A stretch of DNA of 64,000 nucleotides from Macrostomum lignano (Eukaryota). The stretch lies in NCBI GenBank assembly GCA_002269645.1, contig NIVC01000230.1:558001-622000 (forward strand), given 5' to 3'. This document shows positions 45,545 through 58,731 of this stretch, in pieces (position 1 is the stretch's first letter; the number at the start of each line of letters is the position of its first letter). The position numbers were made by a program, and so were the translations under genes. The notes beneath the pieces are model-generated. The model saw only the letters and a list, made by a program, of their open reading frames with translations, was not told the origin of the DNA and searched no databases.

Positions 45545-46062
45545 CTGCTTCTCCCTCTGTCTCCCTCTCTGTCTCCCTCTCTGTCTCCCTCTGTCTCCCT
45601 CTCTGTCTCCCTCTCTGTCTCCCTCTGTCTCCCTCTCTGTCTCCCTCTCTGTCTCCCTCTGTCTCCCTCTCTGTCTCCCTCTCTGTCTCCTCTCTGTCTC
45701 CCTCTCTGTCTCCCTCTCTGTCTCCCTCTCTGTCTCCCTCTCTGTCTCCCTCTGTCTCCCTCTCTGTCTCCCTCTCTGTCTCCCTCTCTGTCTCCCTCTC
45801 TGTCTCCCTCTCTGTCTCCCTCTCTGTCTCCCTCTCTGTCTCCTCTCTGTCTGCCTCTCTGTTTCCCTCTGTCTCCCTCTCTGTCTCCCTCTCTGTCTCC
45901 CTCTCTGTCTCCCTCTCTGTCTCCCTCTCTGTCTCCCTCTCTGTCTCCCTCTCTGTCTCCCCTTATGTCTCCCTCTCTGTCTCCCTCTCTGTCTCCCTCT
46001 CTGTCTCCCTCTCTGTCTCCCTCTCTGTCTCCCTCTCTGTCTCCCTCTCTGTCTCCCTCTAT
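45545..46062. repeat. 12-bp CT-rich satellite (tctccctctctg)
   Basis: Direct reading. Confidence 0.96.
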
Positions 46063-46999
46063 GTGTCTGTATCTTTCTATACACTTCTGTATCTCTTGCC
46101 ATGTCTCTATACTTGTCTATTTTCAGCCACTCTCCTTATGCAGTCAGTCATTACTTCCTTTCGGTTCTAATTTATCTATTCAATGTCTGTCGCAGTATCC
46201 CGGTAACAGCACGGCTGTCTTAACGTGTTCTAAATATTAATCAATCACAAGTGGCGCTCCAAAGTATATGTTTAAATCCAAAGTCTCTTTCATATTAGAA
46301 TTTATCGTTGCATTCTTTTTGCATAAAAAGAATCCTAAATTCTAGACAGCAAATTCGACACTAGCTACTTGTAACTGTTAGTAGTTTAAAGTACGTATTT
46401 TTCATTACTTTTCGCTGTCATTAGGCGTTATTTTTCCTATGCACTCATTAGTAGTATATATAGTCTATTCTCATTAAACATATTCAGCTATCTCCGTGTT
46501 CTACCCTTGGATTTTCAAAGGCTTTATATGAACTGCTTTTTCTGTTTACCAACCTATTTGCTATTTCTAATGTTTTTTGCTTCCAGTATCTAGTGGTAGA
46601 CTGCCGCTTTCTGTTGGGCGCGATCAGTTTAAGTTGAAGTTAAAATAACAAATATAAACGAAATACAATCAAAGTTTGCTTCTATTGCTAGTTTTGAAGC
46701 TTGCGTTGTTTTCGTTTAAACGGGGCTATACATTAATTTACTTATATTTTCCGACTGATTGTTCATTTTTATGCTAGGAAAATAGCACAGGTACCAGAAT
46801 AGCTTGATATACCAATCAAAAAATTCGCTCGCGAATCTGCTCTTTTCAGTAGTATAATTAGCGTTATTTGTGTTTAAAGTTTTTGAATCTGCGATAATTG
46901 CCTCCGGCTTTCCACAAGCAAAACCAAGTTAATTTTTTCTTTTTATCCTATTTTTACCCATTCCAGACTGCTTCAGACTCGGAATTGTTTAAAAAATTT

Positions 47000-47245
47000 G
47001 TCCGTTTGACTTTGACCTCTCTCCTTATTGCTCTCTTATTGGCTGAGCTAGATTGGGCCTGCCCCTAGGATGAGTTTTGTCCGTCTAACTTTAACCACTC
47101 TCCTTACTGCTCTCTTATTGGCTGAGCTAGATTGCGTCTGCCTTCTAGGCTGAGTTTCGTCCGTCTAACTTTAACCTCTCTCCTTACTGCTCTCTTATTG
47201 GCTGAGCTAGATTGGACCTGCCCCCCCCCCCTTAGGCTGAGTTTC
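47000..47245. repeat. Three tandem copies of an about 80-bp unit containing ctctcttattggctgagctagattg
   Basis: Direct reading. Confidence 0.8.
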
Positions 47246-47336
47246 GTCAGTCCTGTGTTGACTTGTGTACATCGAGTTGAATGCTTGTTGCTAATTCTTA
47301 AAACCAGTAGCGCACTGAGCTTTTTTCGACAAACAG

Positions 47337-50300
47337 TCACTATTGAAGGATGGCACGCCACGCATACCATGGGGCTTCAATCTCTTTCCCACTACCTCAG
47401 AGCACTGTGTCAATTTACGGCTACAGTTTATTTTAAAACTATTGTAAAAACAGTTCAAAATCATGCAGCAAATTTTTCCTGATAACACAAACTTGTCGAA
47501 CTTTACTGTATAATTAAGTCAACTCTCGCGAGACTTAAAATGGCTAACAGCATTGACGAGGCCGCAATTGCAATTATGGAAGGTTCCCTGTTTTCACGAT
47601 CATCGTGTCGTCAGCGGGCGGCGCTCAACCTGGCAGGCGACACCCCGGAGGAGCGTAAGAACAGTCTGCGCACGTTCTTCGCCGCCATCGTCAATGCACC
47701 GCCGCCGCCCACGCTGCCAGCTGATCTGCACCTGCCGCCTGAAACACCAGTGCCAACGGTGGAGCAGTTCAACACCAGTCCAGTCACCCCTGCCGATGTT
47801 GTGACCCTCGCCTTTAAGACCCCGGGTGGCAGGGCGCTGGGTCCAGACGAAGTGCCAATCGAGGCGCTGCGCATCACCTGCGTGGCCACTGAGGTCACCC
47901 GTGTGATCAACAGCATGCTTGCCGGAGGTCCAGCACCTACCGAATGGACCATGACACACTTCGTCGGCATACCAAAGAAGCCTGGCACCACCAAGCTGGA
48001 GGAACATCGAGGCATCTGCCTAATGTCCATCGCCGCGAAGCTGTTCAACCGGCTCCTGCTTACCCGGTTGCAGCCCGTGCTGGATCCCTACCTGCGGACC
48101 GAGCAGAACGGGTTCCGGCCAAGACGCGGCACTGTTACGCAGATCCTGGCCCTTCGGCGAGTCATCGAGGAGGCGCGCACGCGCCAGTCAAGCCTGATCG
48201 TGGTCTTCGTCGACTTCAGGAAGGCTTTTCGACTCGGTTGCTAGAAGCGCGCTTCCACTGGTGCTCAGAGCGTACAACGTGCCGCAGCAACTGGTCAGTG
48301 CTACGATGGCGCTGTACCAGAACACCAGAGCTGCGGTGGTGACGCCAGACGGCCTCTCGGACACCTTCGACACGTCATCCGGAGTGCTCCAGGGGGACAC
48401 GCTGGCGCCCTTCCTGTTTGTACTGGTTCTGGACTGGGTGCTGCGGACTGCCCTACCAACAGCCGACGATGGCTTCCTCCTGCAACACCGTGTGGGCCGC
48501 CGCCAGCCAGAGCGTCGCCTCAGCATCCTGGGCTACGCCGATGATCTCGCCCTGCTGTCCTCAACCGTCGAGGGCGCCCAACGTCAGCTGGACCGTCTGG
48601 TTGGCGTTGCTGCGAGCGTCGGCCTGGTGATCAACACGCAAAAGACCGTCGTGCTCACCATGCCCACCAACATCCAAGCCGACATCTACTGCCGGGGCGC
48701 TGATGGGCAGGCAACGCTGCTGCCGCGCGTTCAGCAGTTCGTGTACTTCGGCGGCCTGGTACCTGACGCCTTCGACGACCTGAGGCGTCGCCGTGGACTC
48801 GCTTGGGCGGCCTTCAACTCCATGAGGACCGTCCTGCACTCTGCGGCCCTGCCAGACCGCCAGCGCTCGGCGTTGTTCCAGGCGGTGATCGAGACCGTCC
48901 TGCTCTACAACGCTGAAACATGGACGCTGACGGAGACGCTCGAGCGACAGGTCGACGCGGCGCACGCCGGCCTGCTGCGCGCTGCCTTCAAGATCGGCGG
49001 CGGCGAGCATGTCACCAACGCGGCGCTGTACGCCCGAGCTCGCCTGGCCCGCCCCAGCGATCTGCTCCGCCGCCGGCGGCTCCAGCTGGCAGGCCACCTC
49101 ATCCGCGCTGAGGCGTACTGCCCCGAGCCGGCGCAGGAGACACTGCTGCCTGCGCTCCCGGCGCCCTTCCGGCGGGGCAGGCGCGCACTCGGCGGTATCC
49201 GGACTGCCTGCTGGCCGATGCTGGCGCCCCCGACCAGGCCGGTGGACCGGCCTTTCTCCGCTCCCGTGCTCTGAGGCGCGACCTGTGACGCCCAACACCG
49301 ACCCTGGCGCGTAATTTGTTGTTGTTGTTGTTGTCTGTTTTCACCAACGATGGCAGCGACAGTGAATATGTGAGTGTCGATGGAGAGTTGCTGGACGAGG
49401 AAGATGGTGAGAGTAATCCAGAACCATGAGTAATGCGGAGCATAGAGTCGAGTTTGTCAACGAGAAAGAATGGACAGCTGCTCAATATGGTGAAGATTCG
49501 CGTCTCAGCGATCTGCCCGAATTCCTCGCTGTGCCTGGCCTGAACCCAGACATTCAAGCACAAGCTTCTGAAGGTAAAATGGGCCCAGGTGCAATTCTAT
49601 CTGCAGCACTTTCTCACCGCTGATCTGGTGTCTGCCATTCGCATCTGGACCAACGCCCGAGCTGACATGGAGCTTCAACAGCTGAAGATCAGGATGGATC
49701 TCTTCCCAATTTGCTATCAACTTGGAGACCGTGTACCGACAATGAGGTGAAGAAGTCTCTAGCAATCGTTCTGTACATGGGTCTTGTGAAGAAGCCCGAA
49801 ATGCACATGTTACTGGTCCACGGGTGACTTCTACGGTGGCGAATGGCTTGTAAGAACTTGCAAGAACTTGTAAGAACTCACAGAAAGAACATTGCCTTGG
49901 AAGGGATCGGTTTGTGCAGATATTATCATGCCTTCGATTTTACGACTGCACCACCGTCAACCACCAGGACTCCTTGAAAAAGATTAGACCTTTTCTTAAT
50001 ATTGCCCGCAATATTTGCCAAGCAAATTACAGCCCAAGTCAAGAGGTGCCTGTCGATGAAGAACTGGTCAAGTACAAGGGCAGGCTCATGTTGGTTCATG
50101 CCCAACAAGCGTGCCAGATTCGGCATCAAGGTCTACTGCTTGACGGAAGCTTCGACAGGTTTTCTGTGGAACTTTCATGTACGACTTACATGCTGCTAAG
50201 CAGGATAACGACAAGTTTGGAGATGGATTAAACTGCGGGAGTTTGTCGATGAGCGAGACGATCGTCGAATTGAGTAAAAATTTGCTGGACCTGGGGACAA

Positions 50301-52033
50301 GGTCTTCTGTGACAGCTGGTTCACATCGCTCCGTCTGGCGCAGTTTCTGCTGGAACGCAGTACTTTACTGACTGGGACGGTGAGGCCCAATCGAGGTGCG
50401 CCGAATGAGCTGAAATTGCTGCCCCTGCAACCCATCAGTCACTCCCAGATGCGCCGCGGCGATGTTCTCGGAGTCAAGCTGATAGACAGGAAGGCAAGCG
50501 GTCGCAAAACTGTGTACCTGTTGGGCACGCACGGTGTTGCTGAAAGCACGGAAGTGAGGCGAATGATCCGAGGCGGAGCGGAGGAGTCAGTTTTAAAGCC
50601 GAATTCGGTGCTGCAGTACAATAAGAACATGGGAGGCTTTGATCGCCTTGATTCAGCACTGCAGCCTTACAGTGCGGGGAGAAGAACATACAGATGGCAC
50701 CAGAAGCTCGGGTTCCACATTTTGCTGCAGTTGGTCCGCAATGCCTGGATCTGCAACTGCCAAGGAGGAAGCGATATCAAATTCGTTGAACTTTTGGAAG
50801 CTGCGATCCGCACTCTCATGGAGCAGACAGGCCGGGGCAAACGTCTGAATACACCGAAGAGCAGGGCCGTCTCATAGCACGCGCCATCGAAGCTGCTGCC
50901 GACAGATGCCAATGCGAGGCCGACAAAGCAATGCAGAGTCTGCTACAGCAATGGTGTGGCCAAGAGAACGGTGTTCGTATGCGCTGGTTGCGCAGGAGAG
51001 CCCGGGCTGTGTGCTGTCCCATGCTTTCAGAATTGGCACACTGCAGCAGCACAGTAGTTGCACTGCTGGTACGGTGTAAAACTTAATTACGTTCAGAATA
51101 TGAAATTCAAAACGCTCCTCCTTAATGCCTCATCAATGCATTAAATATTGTTTACCTAATTGTTTTTTGTTTTGTTGTTGACCTTTTTTAAAGTTTTTGC
51201 TATCTATCCTGTACTTGCAGTCAAATATAGGTAAAAAATTACAAAAAAATAACATGGAATATTTTCTATTTAGGGAAACTATATTTTGTTGTCTGTTTGT
51301 TAACTTTAGAGAAAAAGTGATTCTTTCACTTTGCAAACATCTTTGTCCGTGACAATTTTAGACGAATAAGGTGATTTTTAAAAGTGAAGAAGGAATTGGT
51401 GTGCTTTTTTATTGTTTTCCATGAACTATTTTTGCTCCTTTCTTATTGGGCGCCCCGAAGGGGGGCCGCACTAGATTGCTAGTTTATGCTAAACCATCTA
51501 GGCCATAGACACGTATTCTCAGTGTATGGTTAAATGAGACCCATGGCACGCCTGGCGTCCCATCAGTGTTGGGGGGGGGGGGGGGTTAACCCCCATATGC
51601 TCCTGAGGCCGCAAACCCCGAGAAAGGCAAGGAAATTTTTACTGCCACATTAAATTTTGGCGACACTGGGCAGACAAAATACTGAAAATAGTAGACGCTC
51701 TACTTTTTTCGCAGCTTTAATTGCGAGGTATACATATCCTGGCGTTATTTTTAGTATCTGTCAGTAATAGTCATATTTAATGTACGAGTAATTAGCACAC
51801 CAAATAGAATCAATTATAAATGTGGGAATTTTGCTAGCATATGGATGAACAAATAAGAAGTGTTCCTCAAAATCAGGAGTAATTTCCCCTTGATCAATTT
51901 CTATTGGTTGCTAAGTTTGTTGATGCTGACTTTGTAATCCCCCTATAATGAATATTGGGTAATATTCGAAAATTGATTGAATGCAGGGAAATCTAGCTAA
52001 TGCTCATAAATAAAATTGCTTCCAAAGGGTTAA
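47337..52033 (+). mobile_element. Decayed piggyBac DNA transposon (multi-frameshifted transposase at about 47540-47597 plus 49335-51057)
   Basis: Transposase motifs across frames: VDEELVKYKGR, FGIKVYCL, FCDSWFTS, TGTVRPNRG, YNKNMGGFDRLD and a C-terminal Cys-rich CRVC..CAGC..LC..CFQNWH. Inverted repeats 47349-47372 and 51541-51564 match 20/24. A caaaggg|TTAA end lies at 52030-52033. The outer boundaries are uncertain. Confidence 0.88.
47598..49334 (+). mobile_element. 5'-truncated RTE-clade non-LTR retrotransposon (reverse transcriptase, one frameshift) nested in piggyBac
   Basis: RT motifs GRALGPDEVP, RGICLMS, EQNGFR, FVDFRKAF(DS), GVLQGDTLAPFLF and YADD. An extra T at 48226-48229 splits the ORF. 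A (TTG)n 3' tail is present, and a perfect TSD ctgttttcac lies at 47588-47597 and 49335-49344. Confidence 0.92.
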
Positions 52034-52140
52034 GAGTACATTTAAGTAGTAAAATAGTGAGTAAGGATCCACTACGTAGTTTAAACGCCCTTAATTACAG
52101 TCAACACGGCGGCAAGGTACCAAACTGCGAAGTATATTTG

Positions 52141-53111
52141 TCAGGACGAATCGTCTCGTGACCTGAGTCTGGCCAGCTCCATCTTAAGACTCTTCATCTC
52201 TTCGTCTTTTTCTCGCTCCTTGGTTATGATTAGCTCGCGTTCTGCCGCCAGTTGGATGTTTTCCAGCCTGAGCTGGTCAATCTCCTGGTCTCTCTTGTGC
52301 ACCATGCTGTAAACTTGGAGCACGTGTTGCAGTGAGTCGATGAGCTCCTCGTTGAGCGAGATCGGTCCCAGGCGCGCCTGCCGCTCCAGGGCTTCGAGTG
52401 CGCGGTGGCAGGTCTGGAGAGCGGCAGCAGCCTCACTGAGCACCCCCGCTTTCTTTGTCAGCTCGCTGGAGCTCAGTTTGGTTACGTAAGCCGTCCCGAA
52501 TGCTGTAACTCCCAAGGCAGTAGCTCCACCAGCTGCAGCAGCAATGAAACTGCAGGAGAGGCCAAGGATGGCAGCAACTCCAGACAATGCCGTGGCTAGG
52601 CCGTAGCCCCACCGTTTCCAATTCGTAGCTTTTTGTCGGACTCGCTTGACTCCTTCTCGACCTCGGCGATTGTGCTAGAGAAAAACTCCCGTAGCTTCTC
52701 CATGCTAACTAGGAACTTCTTCATCTCCTCCAGGTGCTGCTTCGAGATGGCAATAGAGTTGTCCAGCTGAGTCTGAATTTCACTGACGTCGGCTTCCGTG
52801 ATCTTGCCAGATTTGATCATCCGCGTCAGGCACTTCTCAACAAACTGATGCTGTTCCTTCAGCGGAACTCCAGTTCGGCTTAGCTCGTCGATTTTCGTCT
52901 TGCATTCTTTGAGCTTCTCCTTGCCTAGTTGGAAACTAATCGAATCGAGCTCCGTTATTTGCTCGCATCGGACGTGAAGGTCCTGTAGGCCTTCTTTTAT
53001 CGTCTCCATCTGCCTGACAGCTTCGGCGACCTTGTGAGTGGCGTCCAGCACTATGCTCCAGCATGCCAGATTTTTTGCCATCTCAGCCGATGCCTCACTT
53101 TGATTGGACAT
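52141..53111 (-). CDS. Family member 3 (about 323 aa once a 1-bp deletion is repaired); frameshifted gene or assembly indel
   Basis: ORFs 52596-53111 and 52141-52587 join if one A is added to the run at 52630-52634. That gives DKKATNWKRWGYGLATALSGVAAILG...AAAGGATALGVTAFGTAY and then a coiled coil. Confidence 0.72.
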
Positions 53112-54554
53112 TGTCGCTTGATTGTTTCAAGCCTAGGTGTTGCAAGTTCAGCTTACAGAGTACACCCGGATATCAATTTATTTTACTTAATCTGTTCTGT
53201 AACTTTAAAATGGCTGCGATAGACAATATATATCAAATTAAATTAACTCCGCTGAAGGAAAGAAAACTATTTTCTGTACATTTAAGATAAGCGTAATCTA
53301 GTTAAAGATCTGATAAACAATATAGTCTGAATTCATTTTCAGTCGCGCGCTGTTCTGGTATTCATGCATTAGGCTTGTAAACTGTGGGCTGGGCATTATA
53401 CCCCGCACGGACTCTTCTACAAGCTAAGAACAGTGCATTTTGTGTTGTGTTTGCACTCAGTACTGGGTGCAGGGGCGCCAGTAAAGACGCGGCTCATCAC
53501 GGTTGTTGACTTCAGAAGTCACACGGCGGAACTGCAGAGATTCGACCTAGACAATTCGTCCTGCCCTAGCAACCTTGCAAAAAACACCACGGTTTCAATC
53601 GTAACTGGGCTAGCGGCTTGCGCTTGGGCTATGGTAAAAGCATATTGCGAAGCTCACAAGTGTCTATAGTCCTTGTCAGCGTGTAATAGCTCGTATATTT
53701 ATGCATTGTAATACATGTACGATCCAGCGTGCATTAAACGCTAAAAGCCCGCTTAAACGGCTCTTGAGCGCGTATTGGCAAGAAGTAATTTAACACAATA
53801 TACATGTATATCGTGATTACTCACTTAATTCGGCAGTTATGTGCTACACAATCTACCATTGTCAGAACTTAAAGAGACATGTTGTGATGATAAAGGTCCT
53901 TTTCTTCGAAATTGATATCAGGAGCTTCATACATATATATCCAGTTAACGGTCTTCTTTATGTAGACCTCCTATAGACTGAGAAAGTTTCTCGTGTCTAA
54001 ACAATAAACTCGTAAATAACGTTTGTTTTTTGCACAGTCAGACTTTATTCTGGAAGCACCAGAATCGCCCCCAGATGATTAGCCCGCAGGAGATTTGCCC
54101 GCGAGCGAATTGCCCGCCCAGTTTTTCCCACCGACTTTTTCCCAATGCAATGTTTTTTTCCTGCAGTGCATTTTTGTCGCGCGGAAGATTTTGTCTGCAT
54201 TGCCCCCTTTGTCTTAACAAAGAGATTTAGGAGACAAAAAGCATTAGCAGCGTGGCATATGCATGATGAAAAAACTTGTTCAATGTGTGCTTTTCCAGAA
54301 AAAGCCTGCGGAATTGCCGCGGAAATTTCACCGCGACTCCTTTCTGCGCAGAGGCTTTTCCATGGAATTGCCGAGGAAAATCCGCTAAAATAAGTAACTT
54401 TTTTACAGAAAGGTTGCTTCATCGGAATGCCTACACGATTTCAGAGTTTTTAACTAATAAATCTACATAATTTTTAATTATAAATAAGTATAAATAAGCT
54501 AAGTTAAAAAATTGTTACTATTACTGAAGCTACTAACTGCTGACGTTTGATGAC

Positions 54555-56351
54555 ATGTCAGACAATCCAAAAAAGTTGAAAAATCTCAAGAAGTGTTTGC
54601 GCGCTGTGCATAACGAAAACGCGAGATCTCCAGAGCAACTGCGACTGTAAGTGAAACCAAGAAGTTTATTGATGAATTATATCAGTCGCTGAAGCTACTT
54701 GCAAAAGAAGAATCTGGTACACCAAGAGATGGCAACTATGAGGAACTACTGCTTCATCTACAGAACGGTGTGAAGGAAATTAAGATTATTTCTTCCAGTA
54801 TGAAAGCTATGAAGCAACATCACGTGCCAATTGAATCCGACCTCAAACTCACCGTATTTTCTAAAAGAGATTCACGAAAATCCGTCCAAACAAAGAACAC
54901 TACTGCGGCAGTTATTAGCAACAAACTGCAGGAGTCGAAAATTCTTGTCGAAGGTATCGCGGACTCAATGAGGTTTTTCCAGCAGCAGTTAGAAAGAGCA
55001 GACAAAGTGCTTGAGCAGCTCATCAAAGCGCTCCAAGATCAGGAAGACGTCCTAGAAAATCGTGCGAGTTGGCGTCGATGGTTGGGATATGGGGGCGCAG
55101 CAGCACTCGCAGCCTTTACCATTGGCTACATCTACTTTGCTTGGCCTTTGAGTTTTTCAACTTTTTGGTCGAGCAGCTCCAATCCAACAGTCGCTACCTC
55201 TTCGTCTGCGCCTGTAGAAAAATTAATAAATTGCGCTGCCACATCCGTTGATACTGCTGTAGCTTCTCAGCCAGTTGAGACTGCTCTGGCAGTTTCTGCT
55301 GCCGATAATGCTGCTGTAGCTTTAGCTTCTCAGCCAGTTGAGACTGCTCTGGCAGTTTCTGCTGCCGATAATGCTGCTGTAGCTTTAGCTTCTCAGCCAG
55401 TTGAGACTGCTCTGGCAGTTTCTGCTGCCGATAATGCTGCTGTAGCTTTAGCTTCTCAGCCAGTTGAGACTGCTCTGGCAGTTTCTGCTGCCGATAATGC
55501 TGCTGTAGCTTTAGCTTCTCAGCCAGTTGAGACTGCTCTGGCAGTTTCTGCTGCCGATAATGCTGCTGTAGCTTTAGCTTCTCAGCCAGTTGAGACTGCT
55601 CTGTTTCTGGCCGAACTGCTTCTGTTGTGACGACTACAATAATGCCAGCTGCAGCCGGAATCGCAGCCGTCGTGGGTCTTTCGTGGTATACATACAAAGA
55701 AGTTGGCCAGCTAGTGAAAGCGGCGCAGGAAATTCAGAAAGTTAAAGCAAAACTTGTCTCCTCCAAGAAAAATTAAGAGCTCAGCTTGAAAATTTTCAGG
55801 AGATGTCATGTATGAATATTGAAAGTGTAGCCAAAAGTCTTGAAGTAGACCTTGGACTTTGTGATGAGCAAAAGCTTCAGGACCAGCTCCAGAAACAAGT
55901 GGAGGAACTCCAAGCGGCCCAGAATGATACTACTCAGAAGCAGGTGGTCCAGAATGAGGCAGCTGAGAAGCTAACAGTACAGCTCCAGGCCATCCAGAAA
56001 CAAGTGGAAGAACTCAAAGCTGTCCAGAATGAAACTACTCAGAAGCTGGTGGCCCAGAATGAGGGAGCTCAGAAGTTAGCAGTACAGCTCCAGGCCATCC
56101 AGAAACAAGTGGAAGAGCTCCAGGCGTCCCAGAATGAAGCTACGCAGCAACAAGCGGCCGAGCTTCAGGTGATTAAAATCAATCTGGAGGCCTATCTGGA
56201 GGCGGCCGTGGACCGCACGGACGCAGGTTCCGAGCTCAGTGAATCATCAAGCAGGAATGGTATTCCGCTAGAGAAGAAACGAAATATTATGCCGCCCCCA
56301 GGTATTAACGAAAGCAACGATCATAATGGCTACGAGGAAATTGCTGAGTAA
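54555..56351 (+). pseudogene. Family member 4, broken by several 1-bp indels; contains 63-bp and 105-bp coding repeats
   Basis: SWRRWLGYGGAAALAAFTIGYIYF resembles the hydrophobic entry of member 3. Single-base repairs near 55603 and 55760 chain ORF 54770-55630, a second hydrophobic helix (IMPAAAGIAAVVGLSWYTY) and ORF 55803-56351. It could be an intact gene with assembly errors. Confidence 0.55.
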
Positions 56352-58731
56352 GTTTTTGATCAGCCTCTGCGATTTTGGAGAGCCGAGCTGCCTTTAAATG
56401 ACATATGACTTACTTAACGTTTGCATGTTTTCTAAGCTCTACTCATCGACTCTCTCGATCAGTTGTAAACCGATTGATTGCATTACTCGGCATTGTAGCT
56501 ACTAACAACATTTTTCCTGATCGAAACAATTTTATTTATTTATTTATTTAAACAGTGTTAGGCGGAGGTTAAGTAACTTCCGGTTCCAAGGATAGTAACT
56601 TCCGGTACTTCAGTTACCGGTCCTTTCTAATTTTAAAGAACCACCAATTAAAAAGTGCTCAAACATTCCTTTTTGAAAAACCATAAAACATGTGTTGATC
56701 CAGAATTAAGCATGCTGTTATTCCTCAAATAAAGATGTTTTACATAATATTTTTTATTATTATCGCATCCAAAATTTGAGTGAATAGAGAAAACCTTTTA
56801 CAAAACAAGAATTAGCAGTATATCAGGGCGTACGCTGCACTTGCGATTCGCAGAAAAAAAATTTGGATGCCGATCTTCAAATATTTATTATGACTCAAAT
56901 TCAGAAGTATCGCATTCTGGTACTTATACAAAAATGGATGTATGGAGATTATTTTTTCCAAAATGTATGTCACAATGAGTAGAATACTTCAGACGAATTT
57001 AGTTTGTGTGGGTAATTCTCGTCGCCCTACTAGAATTGTGCTGTAGTTTTACAGCAGCTATACTTTTACAGCAGTGTAAGTATACTTTTGTACTGCTGAT
57101 TCATTTAGAATCAATGATAATCTTCTGCCAGCCTTGGAAATGCCAGTTAACAATTAAGAAAAAATATATACCAGGTCAACAAATAGCTGCAATTAGATAG
57201 ATGGACCAATGCAAAAGACTTTAAATAACTTGATTAGTGCCTTTGCGTTGCAATTAGAAAATTATAATTAGGATCAATGCATCCATGTCCCGAATTGCTT
57301 TATATTTCTTCTGTGTTTATTGGGCTTCCCACTAAGTCGGAGGGCTACTACGAGTATGATCGAGAGTTATGTTGGTAGTATGGCTACGTAGCTAGAAAAC
57401 ACCCTACTGCGTCGTATGCTTCATAAATGCCGGTGAAAAATAGAAACTTTCTTAATAAAAAACTGGTGAAAAAGGAACGACCCAGAGCTATAAGACATCA
57501 ATGTGGTTAAGTATTTATAGAGCGGTAACTACTTTCTGCAGCGCTAAAATACGGCTCGTACTTTATTTATTTCCATCTTCTATTTATTTATTTTATTTTA
57601 TGTTCAAAATAATGCTTAATAACGAAATAAAAAACACTCGTTTAACACTTTTATTCTCAAAAGAATAATTTTCGCTGTTTTTTGCAATTGCCAATGCTTC
57701 ACTAGTTATTCAACAAAATGTTCTTTTCTGTTTGTAAATCATTTAATTGTACAAATCATTTGTATTGGGTTGTTCTGTAGAAAAAATAAATTGAAACCAA
57801 TCATTGATACAAATCAAAATTAATGGAGAAAAATTGCTCACACGTTTACTGGTCATTTTATTCCGAAAAAAGCTGTTTCGAATACATTCTTTGCTAAAAA
57901 ATTACATTTGCAGAATCATACTTGGCCAAAGCATCTAAACTGTGAATTTTTACTGTGAATTTGTGCCTGCTAGTGGGTTTATTTGCTTCTTCCATTTGAA
58001 AAGCCAGAATTTTTCTCTTACTGACTTCGGGGATCGAACTTGAACAGTTCAGTTGTCATGGTGACCTGGCGATTCATTGCCACATACTCCAGCTTTGCTT
58101 TCGGTGCGCGTACACTTATTCAGCGTTTATTTTCTTAGAAGCTAAAAAACAGAATGCCCCATTTAACGTGGCTTGTAAAACGGTTCAGTAAATGTACAGT
58201 AACTCCAGCATGCATGCACTAACACCAAATGTGCATGCACATTCACCTATTCCACTTACCTTAATAGACGAAAACAATCGTTTAAGCAAAGTGCTTTCTA
58301 TCTTTCTGAGGCTTATAGCATAACGTGGGTAGACTTGGGTAGTGGATAGATGCTTCTAAAAGAGACGTCCATAAAACGGCAGTAAATACCAGCCGACAGT
58401 CTATCACGAGTTCGAGATTGACTTTAGTATCCAAATTTTTAGTAAGAGATTTCACGGAAGTTGACCTGACCAAGGAATAGATGAGCTTACTTTAATATAT
58501 TTGCTTCGCGCGGCCACTTTGCTAGCTACTCTCATTGCGCGATCCATCATGATTTACATGAAATTTAGGTTTTTGTTTTTGGAAAATATCGATCATCTTG
58601 ATAGTGAAGCATAATAAAATTTTGCTAAAATTATTTACTAATTACGATATTGCTCGGAAGTAGTAATACGCTTGTATCTAATTCTAATAAATAAGAGTCG
58701 CTAATCAAAAATTTCCAAAATTTTCAATGTT

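Noticed and set aside
44085-46240. 200+ aa repetitive ORFs (SGGYKESEGN, RGRQ, SPSL)
   Set aside because: 33-bp intronic minisatellite and 12-bp satellite.
47540-48244. 234-aa ORF as a host gene
   Set aside because: Chimera of the piggyBac N-terminus and the truncated RTE reverse transcriptase.
56570-56625. Two to three acttccgg (ETS-like) motifs downstream of member 4
   Set aside because: Short motifs with no link to a promoter; may be a repeat fragment.
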